Positions 31,956-42,903 are shown, numbered from the stretch's first letter. The stretch is DNA of 64,000 bases from Candidatus Cloacimonadales bacterium (GCA_963677495.2 CAXXOU010000004.1:1248001-1312000), one strand, 5' to 3'. Notes: generated by a model not told the origin, from the letters alone. Translations and numbers: made by a program.

Positions 31956-32270
31956 AGTCATCCCACTGTTTTCCCACTGTGCACGCACTGTGCTCCCAGT
32001 GAAACAGTGGGTTGGCAGTGGGTTCACAGTGCGTGCACAGTGCGTTGATGGATAGAGCAGTTAAAGGGTGTAAAAAGGGCAGGAAATGTAGCTAAGTGAT
32101 TACAAATGGCACTGTGTATGTCCATTTCGGACTTGCGTTGCAGCGATAGCGTGACGCGAGAACGAAATCAGGGACATGCGACTTCGGAGTGCATTTTAGG
32201 AAGTCCGTTGCCTTATCAGGCTGACAAACTCCCTGAAATGCGGTAAGTTATTGCAAATGGCACTGTGTAT
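31956..32270. repeat. Palindromic CACTG/CAGTG 11-bp-periodic element with modular tail (uninterrupted copy)
   Basis: Perfect 18-bp inverted repeat at 31975-31992 and 32025-32042; homologous to 56857-56910 plus 59271-59570. Confidence 0.85.
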
Positions 32271-32473
32271 GTCACCCTGAGCGGAGCTGAATGCAGTGAA
32301 ACGAAATGAACGGAGTCGAACGGGTCGCTCGGATGACTTTAGTTGATTTCCATTATTAGTACTCACTTATCTTTAGTTTTCATCCAAGAATAAGCTCTTC
32401 CTTAGCTAGGAAACTAAAGTTATCAGAGAGTTCCTTCAACTGCGTTCGCAAAACTCACTCCGTTCAGGATGAC
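32271..32473. repeat. MITE/REP-like element, copy 1
   Basis: Terminal IR GTCACCCTGAGCGGAG / CTCCGTTCAGGATGAC (14/16); near-identical copy at 32516-32764. Confidence 0.8.
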
Positions 32474-32515
32474 CTGTTTGGCTCTCGAACTTGCCAAAGC
32501 AAATTCCATTATCAA

Positions 32516-32764
32516 GTCACCCTGAGCGGAGCTGAATGCAGTGAAACGAAATGAACAGAATTGAACGGGTCGCTCCGGTGGCTTTAGCTGATTTCCATTA
32601 TTAGTACTGACTTATCCTTAGTTTTCTCCCCAAGAATAAGCTCTTCTTTAGCTGGGAGACTAAAGCTATCGGAGAGGTTAATAGTTGCTTGCAATGGCAA
32701 GCGAGCTCCTTCCGTTGGTCGTCGATTCGACTACGTTCGCAAGACTCACTTCGCTCAGCATGAT
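32516..32764. repeat. MITE/REP-like element, copy 2, with internal insertion
   Basis: Starts GTCACCCTGAGCGGAGCTGAATGCAGTGAAACGAAATGAAC; ends CTCACTTCGCTCAGCATGAT. Confidence 0.8.
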
Positions 32765-33756
32765 ATGGTGGGTACTCGGATTTGCTGTTGCAAATCCCTT
32801 TAGCTGTCATCCGGCTTGGAGTTGAGCAATCACGAGAAAAAGTAACATTACACCACTATGACTCCAACTTGCAAACTCGCTTTGACTCCTATGATGTAAG
32901 TTATAAAAAAAGTTTAAGTATTCATAATTTTTTTCTGGACAGAAAGATAGGATACTCATATTATCGGATTATATATGTGAGAATAATTAAATTGTGGGTG
33001 TAAACCCTCTGTTTAAGTATTCTCATCCGGAATTAATTATTTTGGGTGAGATTTTTCTATCTACACTTTCCAATATATTATTGGGACTCTCAAAATAATT
33101 CATTCCTATGATCTTTTATTGATTTGCTAATCACATTATTAGATTAGTATATATGTAATGAATTTTACAGCCCCAGATAAAGAATGGTGACTTTCATTGC
33201 CTGAAGTGTAACGTCCACTATGTTTCATACTGTGAAAGTCACTGTTTCAACTCTACACCAAATTAGTAAAACATCCCCCTACAAACTAAATTCATGATTC
33301 ATGTAAACAAAGTTACTTTATTGACATCGAACGATTCTCTAATATTTGGGACTAGTTACCCACCCTTACAAACATATCTTTAACTTAATATGTCCCAGTG
33401 CATTACATAACTTTAAAATGGTTCAATCCCCCGTAAACACATATAGAACAGCTATGAGATATAAAGAGAAAATACTCATACTTTTACTTTACACTATTCC
33501 ACTAACACATAGGTTTTGGCACAAAATATCTTATATTGATCGAAAAAAATCAGATTTGATTGAAAAGATAGTCGATGTTATTGAAACTAGCAAATCCTAT
33601 AAATATTATGTTAATTCTAATAATAATCGAAAGTGCATTGATTCTCAGTGGGAAAGCCCATTAAATCAAGGCGAACTGCATTGGAATGCATATTGCATAT
33701 GTCATAGACAATATAATGATAAAAGCAAAAACCCAAAAAAAGAGGTAACAAGAACT

Positions 33757-36700
33757 ATGAAAAAGAATCAAATTCTTTTACTCTTGGCAGTATTGTTATT
33801 TGTAGCATTACCATTAATGGCAAGCAACAATATTGAGAATGCGACAGTAAAAAACTTTGATGTATTGGAATCAACCAGTACATCAACAACCCTCCATTTC
33901 AATCTTCCTGAGTTCAAAGTAGCAACTCAAGAATTGAATGGAATGACTTTCAATAAGATTGAAACTGAATGTGACGGCTTTGTCCCTGAACTGGGAAAAC
34001 CGGAATTACCACTTTACTCAACTATGGTTGCTATACCATATAGTGGCTCAGTATCTTTAGAAGTTGTTAACAAAACCTCTTACCAGATAGACAATTTCAC
34101 AGCAGTTCCTGCACAGGACTATACTGTGGAAAACGAAATGGAAAGATCATTTGCTATCAATGAAGATTTCTACAACTCAAATGTAGATTATCCTGAAGTT
34201 GCTGAAAGAGTTTCAGAACCAATGATTTTCAGAGATTTCCGTATCGTTACTTTGACTTTCAGTCCTTTCACTTATAATGCATCAACTAGAAGTTTGACTG
34301 TAAATGAAGATGTTACATACAGACTGCATTATAATGATACTCCAGGTGCAAATGAAATGGAAGCTCCTACCATGTACTCACCTAGTTTCCAGCCAATCTA
34401 TAGAGATTTGATTGCGAACTATGACCTTGTAATGGATAGAAACATTCCAACTCATAACATGAGACTTCTCATTGTTCATGGTGGATCTAATGATGCTAGT
34501 TTCAATGCTAAACTTGATGAGTATGTAAAATGGAAGAAGCAGAAAGGTTATAAAGTTACAATTCAGTCAACAGACGTAATCGGTTCATCAACAAATGATG
34601 TGAAAGCATATATCCAGAGTAAGTATAACAATATTTACACAAGACCTGAATATGTTAATCTCATTGGTGATGTTGGTGGTGCTTTTGATATTAGCTGTTA
34701 CACTGTTCATGGTGGAGCATCAGACTATCCTTATACCTACCTTGCTGGTGATGATATAATGGGTGACGTTTTTATTGGTCGTATGCCAATTGAAAATGTT
34801 GATGACTTCCTGACAATGGCTAATAAAGTGTTTATTTTTGAAAGAGACCCAATTCCGGTACCTCCAACATGGTACAATCATATGTTGCTTGTTGGTTACA
34901 CAAACTCAGCGGGTCAGTCCTCAATGTATGTAAATAAGTTCATGAAAGATTCAGGATTAAAAATCAACCCTGATTACACATTCACAGAGCTTTATGGAAC
35001 ACCAAGTTCTACTACAATGCAGCAGACAATCAACCAAGGTGCAGCCTTCTTTATGTATAGAGGTTGGATTGGTATGAATGGTTGGGACACACCATCTGAA
35101 AGTGAGTTCAATAATGGAAACAAAATGACTCACTGCATTATTAATACATGTAGCACAGGTAACTTCAACAGTTCAGATGCTACTGACAAAATAGTTAGAT
35201 ATGGCTCCCCTGCAGCTCCTAAAGGTGCTATTACAGCTATCGGTATGGCTACTTCAGGAACTCATACACTAATGAACAACGTGCTTTCTTCACAGACTGT
35301 TAATGGTATTTTCAGTCTTGGTTATAGAAACATGAGTGCTCCACTTCTAAGTTCAAAGATACTACTTTATATGGTTTATCATGATTTCATAGCTGACTAT
35401 GCTGAGAAGTTCCCAGGCTGGTGTAATCTTATGGGTGACCCAACAGTTGAAGTATGGGTTAGCCCTCCTGATGCACTTAATGCTGAATACCCAACAGAAG
35501 TATTCCCTGGTCAGACATGCTATCCAGTTTATGTTGAAGATGCTAGTGGAAACCCAATTGAAGGTGCAATTGTAACTATTGTTAATGATAGCATGCATCT
35601 CATTATGGAAACTGATGAAAATGGTAATGCTGTATTTGAATTACCAAATGATTTAACTGAGAATACAACATTCACAGTAACAGCATCTCAGCATGATTAT
35701 ATCCCTCAATATGAAGACGTAACTGTGCATGGTGCTAATGGTATCCACGTAGCCAGCTTCGAGATTCTTGATGCTGATGGTGGAAATGGTGACGGCACAC
35801 CGGATGCAAGTGAAACATTCTTATTAAATGTTACACTTACAAACCCTGGTGATACTGAAATTAATGCAGCAAACGTTGAAATCAGTGCTAACGACCCTTA
35901 CATTAATATCATGCAAAACACTTCTGCTTATGGAACAATAGCACCAGGAGCAAGTGTAACAAATGCTACTCCTTATGAAATGCATATTTATGGTAGTACT
36001 CCACAAGAATATATGGCTTCACTTAAGCTTGAAGTTATTGGAGAAGATTATGAAACATTCTTAGGTTTAGATGTTCGCAATGGTAATATGGATGTTGCTT
36101 CTTATCAGATATACGATGATAATGGCATCCTTGAACCTGGTGAAACAGCTTGGATGAGTCTTAGTCTTGTTAATAATGGCGACCACATGATTGAAGGTCT
36201 TCATGCTGAGCTTTCAAGCACAAGTAACCTCGTGTTCTTCGATGATAACGAAGCTTATTATGGTTATGCAACACCTGGTACTGTGATTACAAATATTACA
36301 GACGGTCTTTATGTTACTGCAAGAAGTCAGCTTCTTACAGGAACAGACATTGTTATCGACCTTTACTTATATAATGATGATGGTTATGAAGAGTATGATA
36401 AACTCTATATTTCAACAGGTTCACAAGGACTAGGTCATCCATCAGGTCCAGACGCATTCGGTCACTATATCTACCATATGGATGATACTGACTGGGCAGA
36501 TGCACCAACATACAACTGGATTGAGATAGCTCCATCAGAAGGTGGACCTGGTACTGAATTTACAGGTCATAGTGATACCGGTACTGATGGTGGTGATGGT
36601 GACATCACAATGTCAGATACAATTGACAACACTAACTTACCATTTACATTTACATGGTACGGTGTAGACTATGATGAAGTTTATATCTGTACTAATGGAT

Positions 36701-38703
36701 TCTTCTCATTTGCACCAACAGAAGTAGGAACATTCAGAAACTACCCAATTCCAGGTACTATGACACCTCAACCTGTTATTGCTCCTTTCTGGGATGATAT
36801 GTTCTATACTGGTAACCAAGGTGTATTCCATTATTACGACACAACAAACAACTACTTTATAATCGAATGGTGGGGAACCAATGGTTTCACTGGCTCACAT
36901 CAAGAAAGATTCCAGGTAATCTTATATGATCCAGCTTACTACCCAACTTCTAACGGTGATGGTATGGTTAAGATTCAGTATCATACTCATAATGATGTTG
37001 ATACTGGTGACACATCAGCTTATCCACCAAGAGCAGGTCAATATTCAACTGTTGGTTTCTGTGACCACCATGGTGTAGACGGTCTTCAATATGTATTCGA
37101 TCAAGATTACATTTCTACAGGTCAGCCTATCTCTGATGGTACAGCACTCCTAATAACAGGTGAACCATATATTAATGCTGAGCCAAACCTTGAACTTGAT
37201 GGCTTAACAATTGAAGAAGCTAATGGTAACGGTTACGTTGAACCGGGTGAATCAATAGAGATTTTTGCCAGTATTATGAATAGTGGTATTGATGAAGCTG
37301 AAGATGTAGTTGCTACAATTAGTTCAACAGACCCAAATATTGCCTTTATCATAGATACTACAAACTATGAAGAGATTCCTGGTAGTGATGGTGTTGCTGT
37401 AAATCCAACTCCTTTCACAGCTATGATTTCTCCTACTGCTACAGAAGGTCTAGAGATTCCTGTTAATATCATGCTTGCAACTCAAGATGATTCATGGCAG
37501 ATTGATGGAACTATTACAGTTGCTTCTCCTCAGATTGGACTTACAAGCGCTATGCTTTGTGATTTCGAAGCTGGTAACAGTAATGGAATCGCTGATCAGG
37601 ATGAGAACGTAACATTAGTTCTTAACCTTCACAATCCAAGTCTTGCAGATATTGATAATGTTCAAGTAAACGTTTCAACTACTAACCCTAATGTAGCGGT
37701 TAATGGTGAAACTACTCTTGCTATGATTCCAGCAGAAGGAAATATGCAAGCACTTTGGGGATTGAATATCCTTACAGCAGTACCAACCGGAACAACTATA
37801 GATTTTGAGGTTGAAATCCAATCTGCTTCTTCTGTAACAACTAACGAAACAGTATCAGTTATCGTCGGACAATCAAGTCTTCAGGCTTGTGGTGTAATTG
37901 TTGGAACAGTAAGCGTAGATACTGGTGATGTTAACCTTGAAGATATCTATGTAACTGCCGGTGATTATGCGAGATTTGCATTAGCTGACGGTGAGTTCAG
38001 AGTTTATCCTCCAATCGGAATGTATGAAGTTGAAGCTTCTCTTGAATACTATGCTTCCGGTATCATGGCAGACGTTGCTATCTCTAATGGTAGTGAAGTA
38101 GCAACAGGTGTTAGCTTAGACCTTGAGTACTTAGCTCCAGCAACCGGTTTAGATGGTTCATGGGACGATTGGGATTACACACTTACATGGACTGCACCGG
38201 CATCAGATCAATCAATAGACCATTATGCTATTTATCGTAGTCATAATGAAGGTGAGTACATGTTAGTAGGTACATCAGACAATGAAGAGTATGAAGATGA
38301 ACTTGAAGAACATGGTCTTTATAATTATTTTGTTGTAGTTGAATATGATGCAGGCTATAGTGAAAACTCAAACGAGCATATATTTAACACTGCGACAGAC
38401 TTAGAAGAAGATGTAAATACTCCACACGTAACAGCTCTTTATGGTAACTATCCAAACCCATTTAACCCTGTTACTAACATCTCATTCTCACTTGCAAAAG
38501 ATCAAAATGTTAAGATTAATATCTATAACATCCGTGGTCAGCTTGTAAGAAACCTTACAAACGAAGTACATAAAGCCGGTAGAAATACTATCCAATGGGA
38601 TGGTATGGACAATGACAACAAAGGTTGTTCAACAGGTCTTTACATGTATCGTTTCGAAACAAAAGGTATGAACACAGTTAAGAAAGCGATGCTTCTTAAA
38701 TAA
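33757..38703 (+). CDS. Gingipain-like C25 peptidase family protein with propeptide, Ig-like domains and FlgD-Ig/T9SS-like C-terminal domain
   Basis: ATG at 33757 after AGAGG, signal peptide; GKPELP propeptide; LIGD, SDYPY, DVFIGR, NTCSTG, NLMGDP; GNYPNPFNP...LLK C-terminus. Confidence 0.9.
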   Translation: MKKNQILLLLAVLLFVALPLMASNNIENATVKNFDVLESTSTSTTLHFNLPEFKVATQELNGMTFNKIETECDGFVPELGKPELPLYSTMVAIPYSGSVSLEVVNKTSYQIDNFTAVPAQDYTVENEMERSFAINEDFYNSNVDYPEVAERVSEPMIFRDFRIVTLTFSPFTYNASTRSLTVNEDVTYRLHYNDTPGANEMEAPTMYSPSFQPIYRDLIANYDLVMDRNIPTHNMRLLIVHGGSNDASFNAKLDEYVKWKKQKGYKVTIQSTDVIGSSTNDVKAYIQSKYNNIYTRPEYVNLIGDVGGAFDISCYTVHGGASDYPYTYLAGDDIMGDVFIGRMPIENVDDFLTMANKVFIFERDPIPVPPTWYNHMLLVGYTNSAGQSSMYVNKFMKDSGLKINPDYTFTELYGTPSSTTMQQTINQGAAFFMYRGWIGMNGWDTPSESEFNNGNKMTHCIINTCSTGNFNSSDATDKIVRYGSPAAPKGAITAIGMATSGTHTLMNNVLSSQTVNGIFSLGYRNMSAPLLSSKILLYMVYHDFIADYAEKFPGWCNLMGDPTVEVWVSPPDALNAEYPTEVFPGQTCYPVYVEDASGNPIEGAIVTIVNDSMHLIMETDENGNAVFELPNDLTENTTFTVTASQHDYIPQYEDVTVHGANGIHVASFEILDADGGNGDGTPDASETFLLNVTLTNPGDTEINAANVEISANDPYINIMQNTSAYGTIAPGASVTNATPYEMHIYGSTPQEYMASLKLEVIGEDYETFLGLDVRNGNMDVASYQIYDDNGILEPGETAWMSLSLVNNGDHMIEGLHAELSSTSNLVFFDDNEAYYGYATPGTVITNITDGLYVTARSQLLTGTDIVIDLYLYNDDGYEEYDKLYISTGSQGLGHPSGPDAFGHYIYHMDDTDWADAPTYNWIEIAPSEGGPGTEFTGHSDTGTDGGDGDITMSDTIDNTNLPFTFTWYGVDYDEVYICTNGFFSFAPTEVGTFRNYPIPGTMTPQPVIAPFWDDMFYTGNQGVFHYYDTTNNYFIIEWWGTNGFTGSHQERFQVILYDPAYYPTSNGDGMVKIQYHTHNDVDTGDTSAYPPRAGQYSTVGFCDHHGVDGLQYVFDQDYISTGQPISDGTALLITGEPYINAEPNLELDGLTIEEANGNGYVEPGESIEIFASIMNSGIDEAEDVVATISSTDPNIAFIIDTTNYEEIPGSDGVAVNPTPFTAMISPTATEGLEIPVNIMLATQDDSWQIDGTITVASPQIGLTSAMLCDFEAGNSNGIADQDENVTLVLNLHNPSLADIDNVQVNVSTTNPNVAVNGETTLAMIPAEGNMQALWGLNILTAVPTGTTIDFEVEIQSASSVTTNETVSVIVGQSSLQACGVIVGTVSVDTGDVNLEDIYVTAGDYARFALADGEFRVYPPIGMYEVEASLEYYASGIMADVAISNGSEVATGVSLDLEYLAPATGLDGSWDDWDYTLTWTAPASDQSIDHYAIYRSHNEGEYMLVGTSDNEEYEDELEEHGLYNYFVVVEYDAGYSENSNEHIFNTATDLEEDVNTPHVTALYGNYPNPFNPVTNISFSLAKDQNVKINIYNIRGQLVRNLTNEVHKAGRNTIQWDGMDNDNKGCSTGLYMYRFETKGMNTVKKAMLLK

Positions 38704-38721
38704 GTTCTTACATATAATATT

Positions 38722-38758
38722 AGAGGTCGCTGAATCATCAGCGACCTCTTCCCTTTTT
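38722..38758 (+). terminator. Intrinsic terminator
   Basis: AGAGGTCGCTGA-atca-TCAGCGACCTCT followed by TCCCTTTTT. Confidence 0.85.
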
Positions 38759-38774
38759 ACAACTAATAAAGAAT

Positions 38775-39788
38775 CTACTTATTGTTAAGACCATCCTCTA
38801 GATTGATACCTGCCTTAATCAACTCTCTAACAGCTGTCTTAGTAACATCACTTTTGAGTTTGAACTCAGCTCTTACATCATAGACATAAGCTTTAATCTT
38901 CATATGAATTAATGATTTGTCTTCAAACATTTCATTAGCAAAGACTACTCCGATAGGTTTCTTAAGATATATATATCTTGAAACTGCAGCAGCTTTATAG
39001 CCAATCTCGAATGCTTTTTCTAAATCTGCATCAATGGGAAGATATATGTCTGATACAACCTGGCAGTTGTTCTCTCCAAAATTGGCATTCGAAACCATCT
39101 TGTTTGTAACTTCACTATTAGGTACAGAAACTACATTATCATCAGGTGTAACAATCCTAATAGATCTGAGTCCAATACTGGTTACTTCTCCGTAAAATCC
39201 ACCTACATCTATCTTATCCCCTACCTGGAAAGGTCTATCAAACAAAATCATGATTCCACTAAAGATATTCTTCAAAATATCTTGAGAGGCAAAACCAACT
39301 GCAACACCGGCTGATGTAACAACAGCAAAGAGAGTTTCAACCGGTGGGGCAATGACAACCTGTATAACAAAGTAGATTGCGAAAGTCCAACTTCCTATTC
39401 GAAAGATGGGAATAATCCTCTTTATTATAAGCCTCCAGTTATCACGTCTTTCTGAAATGGTATTCAAAATGTTACTAAAAAACTTGATTAACAAACCAAC
39501 CAAGAGTAGTAAAATTATTGAAGTAAATATCTTACCAAAAGAAAGCCTAAACGTTTCAGTAGTTTTTGGCATATTGGCAGGTTTAAGCTTCTTAATACCC
39601 AGATTACTCATTGTTTTATCAAGTGTACTCTGTTTCTCTGTTACAATTGCTGAATCTTTAGCTGTTATAGTAAGTGTAGTAGTATCAATAGTAGCTTTAT
39701 TCAATATGGGTTCAATATGCAATGAATCTTCAGATATAAGGGTCAGAATTGGAACTAACATTATCAGAAATACTATGAATCTTTTCAT
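38775..39788 (-). CDS. Small-conductance mechanosensitive channel (MscS family)
   Basis: GVAVGFASQDILKNIFSGIMILFDRPFQVGDKI..GEVTSIGLRS..VPNS. Confidence 0.92.
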   Translation of the reverse strand: MKRFIVFLIMLVPILTLISEDSLHIEPILNKATIDTTTLTITAKDSAIVTEKQSTLDKTMSNLGIKKLKPANMPKTTETFRLSFGKIFTSIILLLLVGLLIKFFSNILNTISERRDNWRLIIKRIIPIFRIGSWTFAIYFVIQVVIAPPVETLFAVVTSAGVAVGFASQDILKNIFSGIMILFDRPFQVGDKIDVGGFYGEVTSIGLRSIRIVTPDDNVVSVPNSEVTNKMVSNANFGENNCQVVSDIYLPIDADLEKAFEIGYKAAAVSRYIYLKKPIGVVFANEMFEDKSLIHMKIKAYVYDVRAEFKLKSDVTKTAVRELIKAGINLEDGLNNK

Positions 39789-39796
39789 CTTTCACC

Positions 39797-42700
39797 TCAC
39801 ATTAATAGATTCTTATTGGTTAAAACTTGAACTACAGGCCTAAACAGATAAGGATGAATCTTGTAGTGACCCTCATTCTCCAGTATTATGCTCTTATCAC
39901 AAAGGCTGTTCATAATCAGAGTAGCATTATCTAGTTTCATATTGAATATCGTAGCTGTTTGCTTAATGGATAGCACTCCATGTTGCAAGAGTGCTGTTAA
40001 TACATAAAAACTCTCTTCAGATAATGCATTTAGGAAGGATGAGTCAACTTTCACATCTGCATTTACAATAAGATAATCCTTTTCAACCTTCTCAATTGCC
40101 TGTAATGATAATTGCATTGCCACCATTAAATTACCACCGGATGCAGTCGCCAACCTGGAAAAGAATTTCTTAGCAAGAAACTTCTGTTTATCTTTAGGTG
40201 TCTTACATTTCTTAAAAGCCTTCATCTCTTTATCAGCCAGTGAAGGACGATACTTAACTTGATAGCCACTAATTCGTTGACGCTTTGTTATAACATTCTC
40301 AATCTCCTCAGCGTTCAGGTTACCAAGGTCAATTACTCGTGTAAAATGGGGTTTTATCTCTGCAACTACCTGCAAGTAATCCCAGCTATACTTGTTTCCG
40401 GTTACAATCCAGAAAATCTTCTTCTGCGTTTGATTCATTAATAGTAAAAAGTCGTTTAGTAATCCAAACCCTCCAACAGTCCTTAAGTAAAGATTGTGGA
40501 AGTTTTCACATATCAACACAACAGGTTCTTGAAGTTTATTCAAATGCTTTGCTAGTTCCGATGTATTCGAAACGTTCTCAATCTCAAAAGCTTGTGAAAT
40601 AATACTTACTAGCTCACTTGTAGTAGTTATTGTTTTATCAATGGTGATATCAATAACCCGTTCTTTCTTAAGGATATTGTTTCTCATAAAATTCAATAAA
40701 CTAGTCTTACCACTTCCTGTTTCTCCGTAAATCATTACCTTCGCTGCATGAGAATCCTTAAAATTCCTATACTGCTTATTGATACTCTCAATCTCTTTTT
40801 TCCTCATAACAAACAGTCTATTATCAGCAACAGGCTTATTTTCGTAGAGCTTCTGAAAGATATGTGGCAACTTCTCGAACAGAAGTTCGCTCTCGCGGAG
40901 AATATGTGCAATATGCTCTGTTACATCCTCTGATACTGTCTCAATTCCGGCCATCTCTTTGATTTTATGATACCTGCCAAGTAACATGGAGAAGATTCGA
41001 AGGATAAACTTCCAGACAATCTGTACATATTTCGAAAGGAAGGTTAAACCTGAAAATAGTACTTTTCTAAATTGCTCCCTCGCCATAGCTTTAGTTATTC
41101 TGTTACGGATACTGCTAACAGTCTCAGGATCCAAGAATGAAGTTAAACTTGTTCCACTGACTTGTGCCAGCTTCTTCATACTCTCTGTAACCTCATTCAC
41201 AAGCGCTGTATCATTCTTTTCTGACTCATTTAGTAATGTTATCACGCGCTGAATAGCTTCTACAATCATGTTTATTGCTTTGAGTTGTTCCTCTTTATCA
41301 TCGCTTTTCTGAAGGTGCTCAATTGCCATTTCGGAGTTATAAACAAGAATGTTATCCAACTCTGATATATTTCTTATTGTTTTGTTTTGCTTCCGTGTGA
41401 TTCGCTCTTTAATTAGTTCTACATCTTTCTTCAGGTCTTGAAGAATCTCCTCTTTTATTATTCGTTTTAAAGCTAAGTTAGCAGTAACTGAGTTAGGTAC
41501 TTCCTGTGACAGGTCAAATTGCAAAAGTATAGAGTAGTTTTGCGGTAATGCTTCTACATCCTTGTTCAGCTCTTCCCAGAAATTCTGGATAGCAGTTAAC
41601 AAATCGTTATGTATGAGCTGCTGCAGTATATCTGTGATAAGCTCTTCTCTCAGTTTCTTTCTAAAAACTGAAGTCTGTGAGTTTAACTCACTAGCAGAGA
41701 TAGATGAATCCTTGAATTGATTTACACCCTGAGAGAACCCTTCGATTGCTTCTCGTATCGCACTATATTTCTTTAGTGCATTGCTTTCAAACCTGTTCTG
41801 TATCTGTTCTAGCAAAGTGTTCTTACTTCTTCTCAATACAGCTACGGTTTTACTCATATCCAAGTCTTTAAGCCATTCACCTTTCTCCCCTATGAAGATT
41901 TGAGTCCAAACTTTTAATGCCTTCTCTATCTGCTGATCTAGTAGTTTCTCTTTTATATGAAGTATTCTACCTGTATACAACTTGGATGGAAGCAGGAAAG
42001 TTCCAGCATTCATAAAGACAATCTCCAGGATTTCACTAATCCCCGGGAATATTTTATCCTTACTTTCGATTATTTTTGCTTCTGATGCCTTAAAATCAGC
42101 TAATTTAGCTTCAAACTCTGTTTTCATAATAGATAATAGATCTTTAAGTTTGTTTAGCTCCTCAATGCTCTCTTCATCATCTTTCAGTCGAAAGCATCTT
42201 ACTGTCAGGTTCATGATTTCATGATTTAGATGAATGAGATATGCGTAAACCCGAATAAACTCGGGTATCTCATCAAATAGGAAGTTCCTAATCGGGATGA
42301 ATAGAAAGAAGTGCAAAAGCTCATGTTGGTCAAATGAGCGTGAATTATTTGCCTTCTCCACAATCTGTTCCTCAGACCAAGCCCTATTCTTTAGTTTCAG
42401 CATATTCCTACGCGATTTCCAAAGGAATCTTTGATTACTCTTCCAGACTCTCACTTTAAACCTGTCAGTTGGTAACTTCTTGTAGAACTCGTAAGGTAGG
42501 GAATATTCCGCAGTTTGTGGAATTCTGGAAATCATATCACCATAGGATGCTTGCCAGACTCTTTCAAGCTCTTCATCTCTTAGATTATCGAAAAAATTGA
42601 ATCCGGTGTTTAAGAATTTTCGATTCAGACTCAAAATCATCTCAAGATCTGTTAACTCAATCTGCGAATCATCTTTTGGATAGGATTGGTAAAGTCTTTC

Positions 42701-42805
42701 TAAACTCTTAACGTTTCTACGAAGTAACTCAAGCCAAGCCTTAATCTGATTTGATATACCTGTGTTGCATTTCAGAAGCAGTTCATTGATTTGTATTGGA
42801 TTCAT
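39797..42805 (-). CDS. Large helical protein with a C-terminal P-loop (AAA+/STAND-like) ATPase
   Basis: Walker A GETGSGKT, degenerate Walker B VVLICENFH, SGGNL motif, probable C-terminal winged helix. Confidence 0.75.
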   Translation of the reverse strand: MNPIQINELLLKCNTGISNQIKAWLELLRRNVKSLERLYQSYPKDDSQIELTDLEMILSLNRKFLNTGFNFFDNLRDEELERVWQASYGDMISRIPQTAEYSLPYEFYKKLPTDRFKVRVWKSNQRFLWKSRRNMLKLKNRAWSEEQIVEKANNSRSFDQHELLHFFLFIPIRNFLFDEIPEFIRVYAYLIHLNHEIMNLTVRCFRLKDDEESIEELNKLKDLLSIMKTEFEAKLADFKASEAKIIESKDKIFPGISEILEIVFMNAGTFLLPSKLYTGRILHIKEKLLDQQIEKALKVWTQIFIGEKGEWLKDLDMSKTVAVLRRSKNTLLEQIQNRFESNALKKYSAIREAIEGFSQGVNQFKDSSISASELNSQTSVFRKKLREELITDILQQLIHNDLLTAIQNFWEELNKDVEALPQNYSILLQFDLSQEVPNSVTANLALKRIIKEEILQDLKKDVELIKERITRKQNKTIRNISELDNILVYNSEMAIEHLQKSDDKEEQLKAINMIVEAIQRVITLLNESEKNDTALVNEVTESMKKLAQVSGTSLTSFLDPETVSSIRNRITKAMAREQFRKVLFSGLTFLSKYVQIVWKFILRIFSMLLGRYHKIKEMAGIETVSEDVTEHIAHILRESELLFEKLPHIFQKLYENKPVADNRLFVMRKKEIESINKQYRNFKDSHAAKVMIYGETGSGKTSLLNFMRNNILKKERVIDITIDKTITTTSELVSIISQAFEIENVSNTSELAKHLNKLQEPVVLICENFHNLYLRTVGGFGLLNDFLLLMNQTQKKIFWIVTGNKYSWDYLQVVAEIKPHFTRVIDLGNLNAEEIENVITKRQRISGYQVKYRPSLADKEMKAFKKCKTPKDKQKFLAKKFFSRLATASGGNLMVAMQLSLQAIEKVEKDYLIVNADVKVDSSFLNALSEESFYVLTALLQHGVLSIKQTATIFNMKLDNATLIMNSLCDKSIILENEGHYKIHPYLFRPVVQVLTNKNLLM

Positions 42806-42903
42806 AATCAGCCATCTCTTTACTAAAATTTGAGATAAGATACGTTATTTTATATATTATGTCACGCAAAAAACAAAAAAAATACTATAAAGTGTTAAAT
42901 TTC

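Noticed and set aside
32601..33003. Short ORFs 32601-32810 and 32782-33003
   Set aside because: They lie in or beside palindromic repeats and show no protein motifs
33346..33756. 137-aa N-terminal extension of the C25 ORF
   Set aside because: The RBS and signal peptide are at ATG 33757; the extension looks like chance open frame
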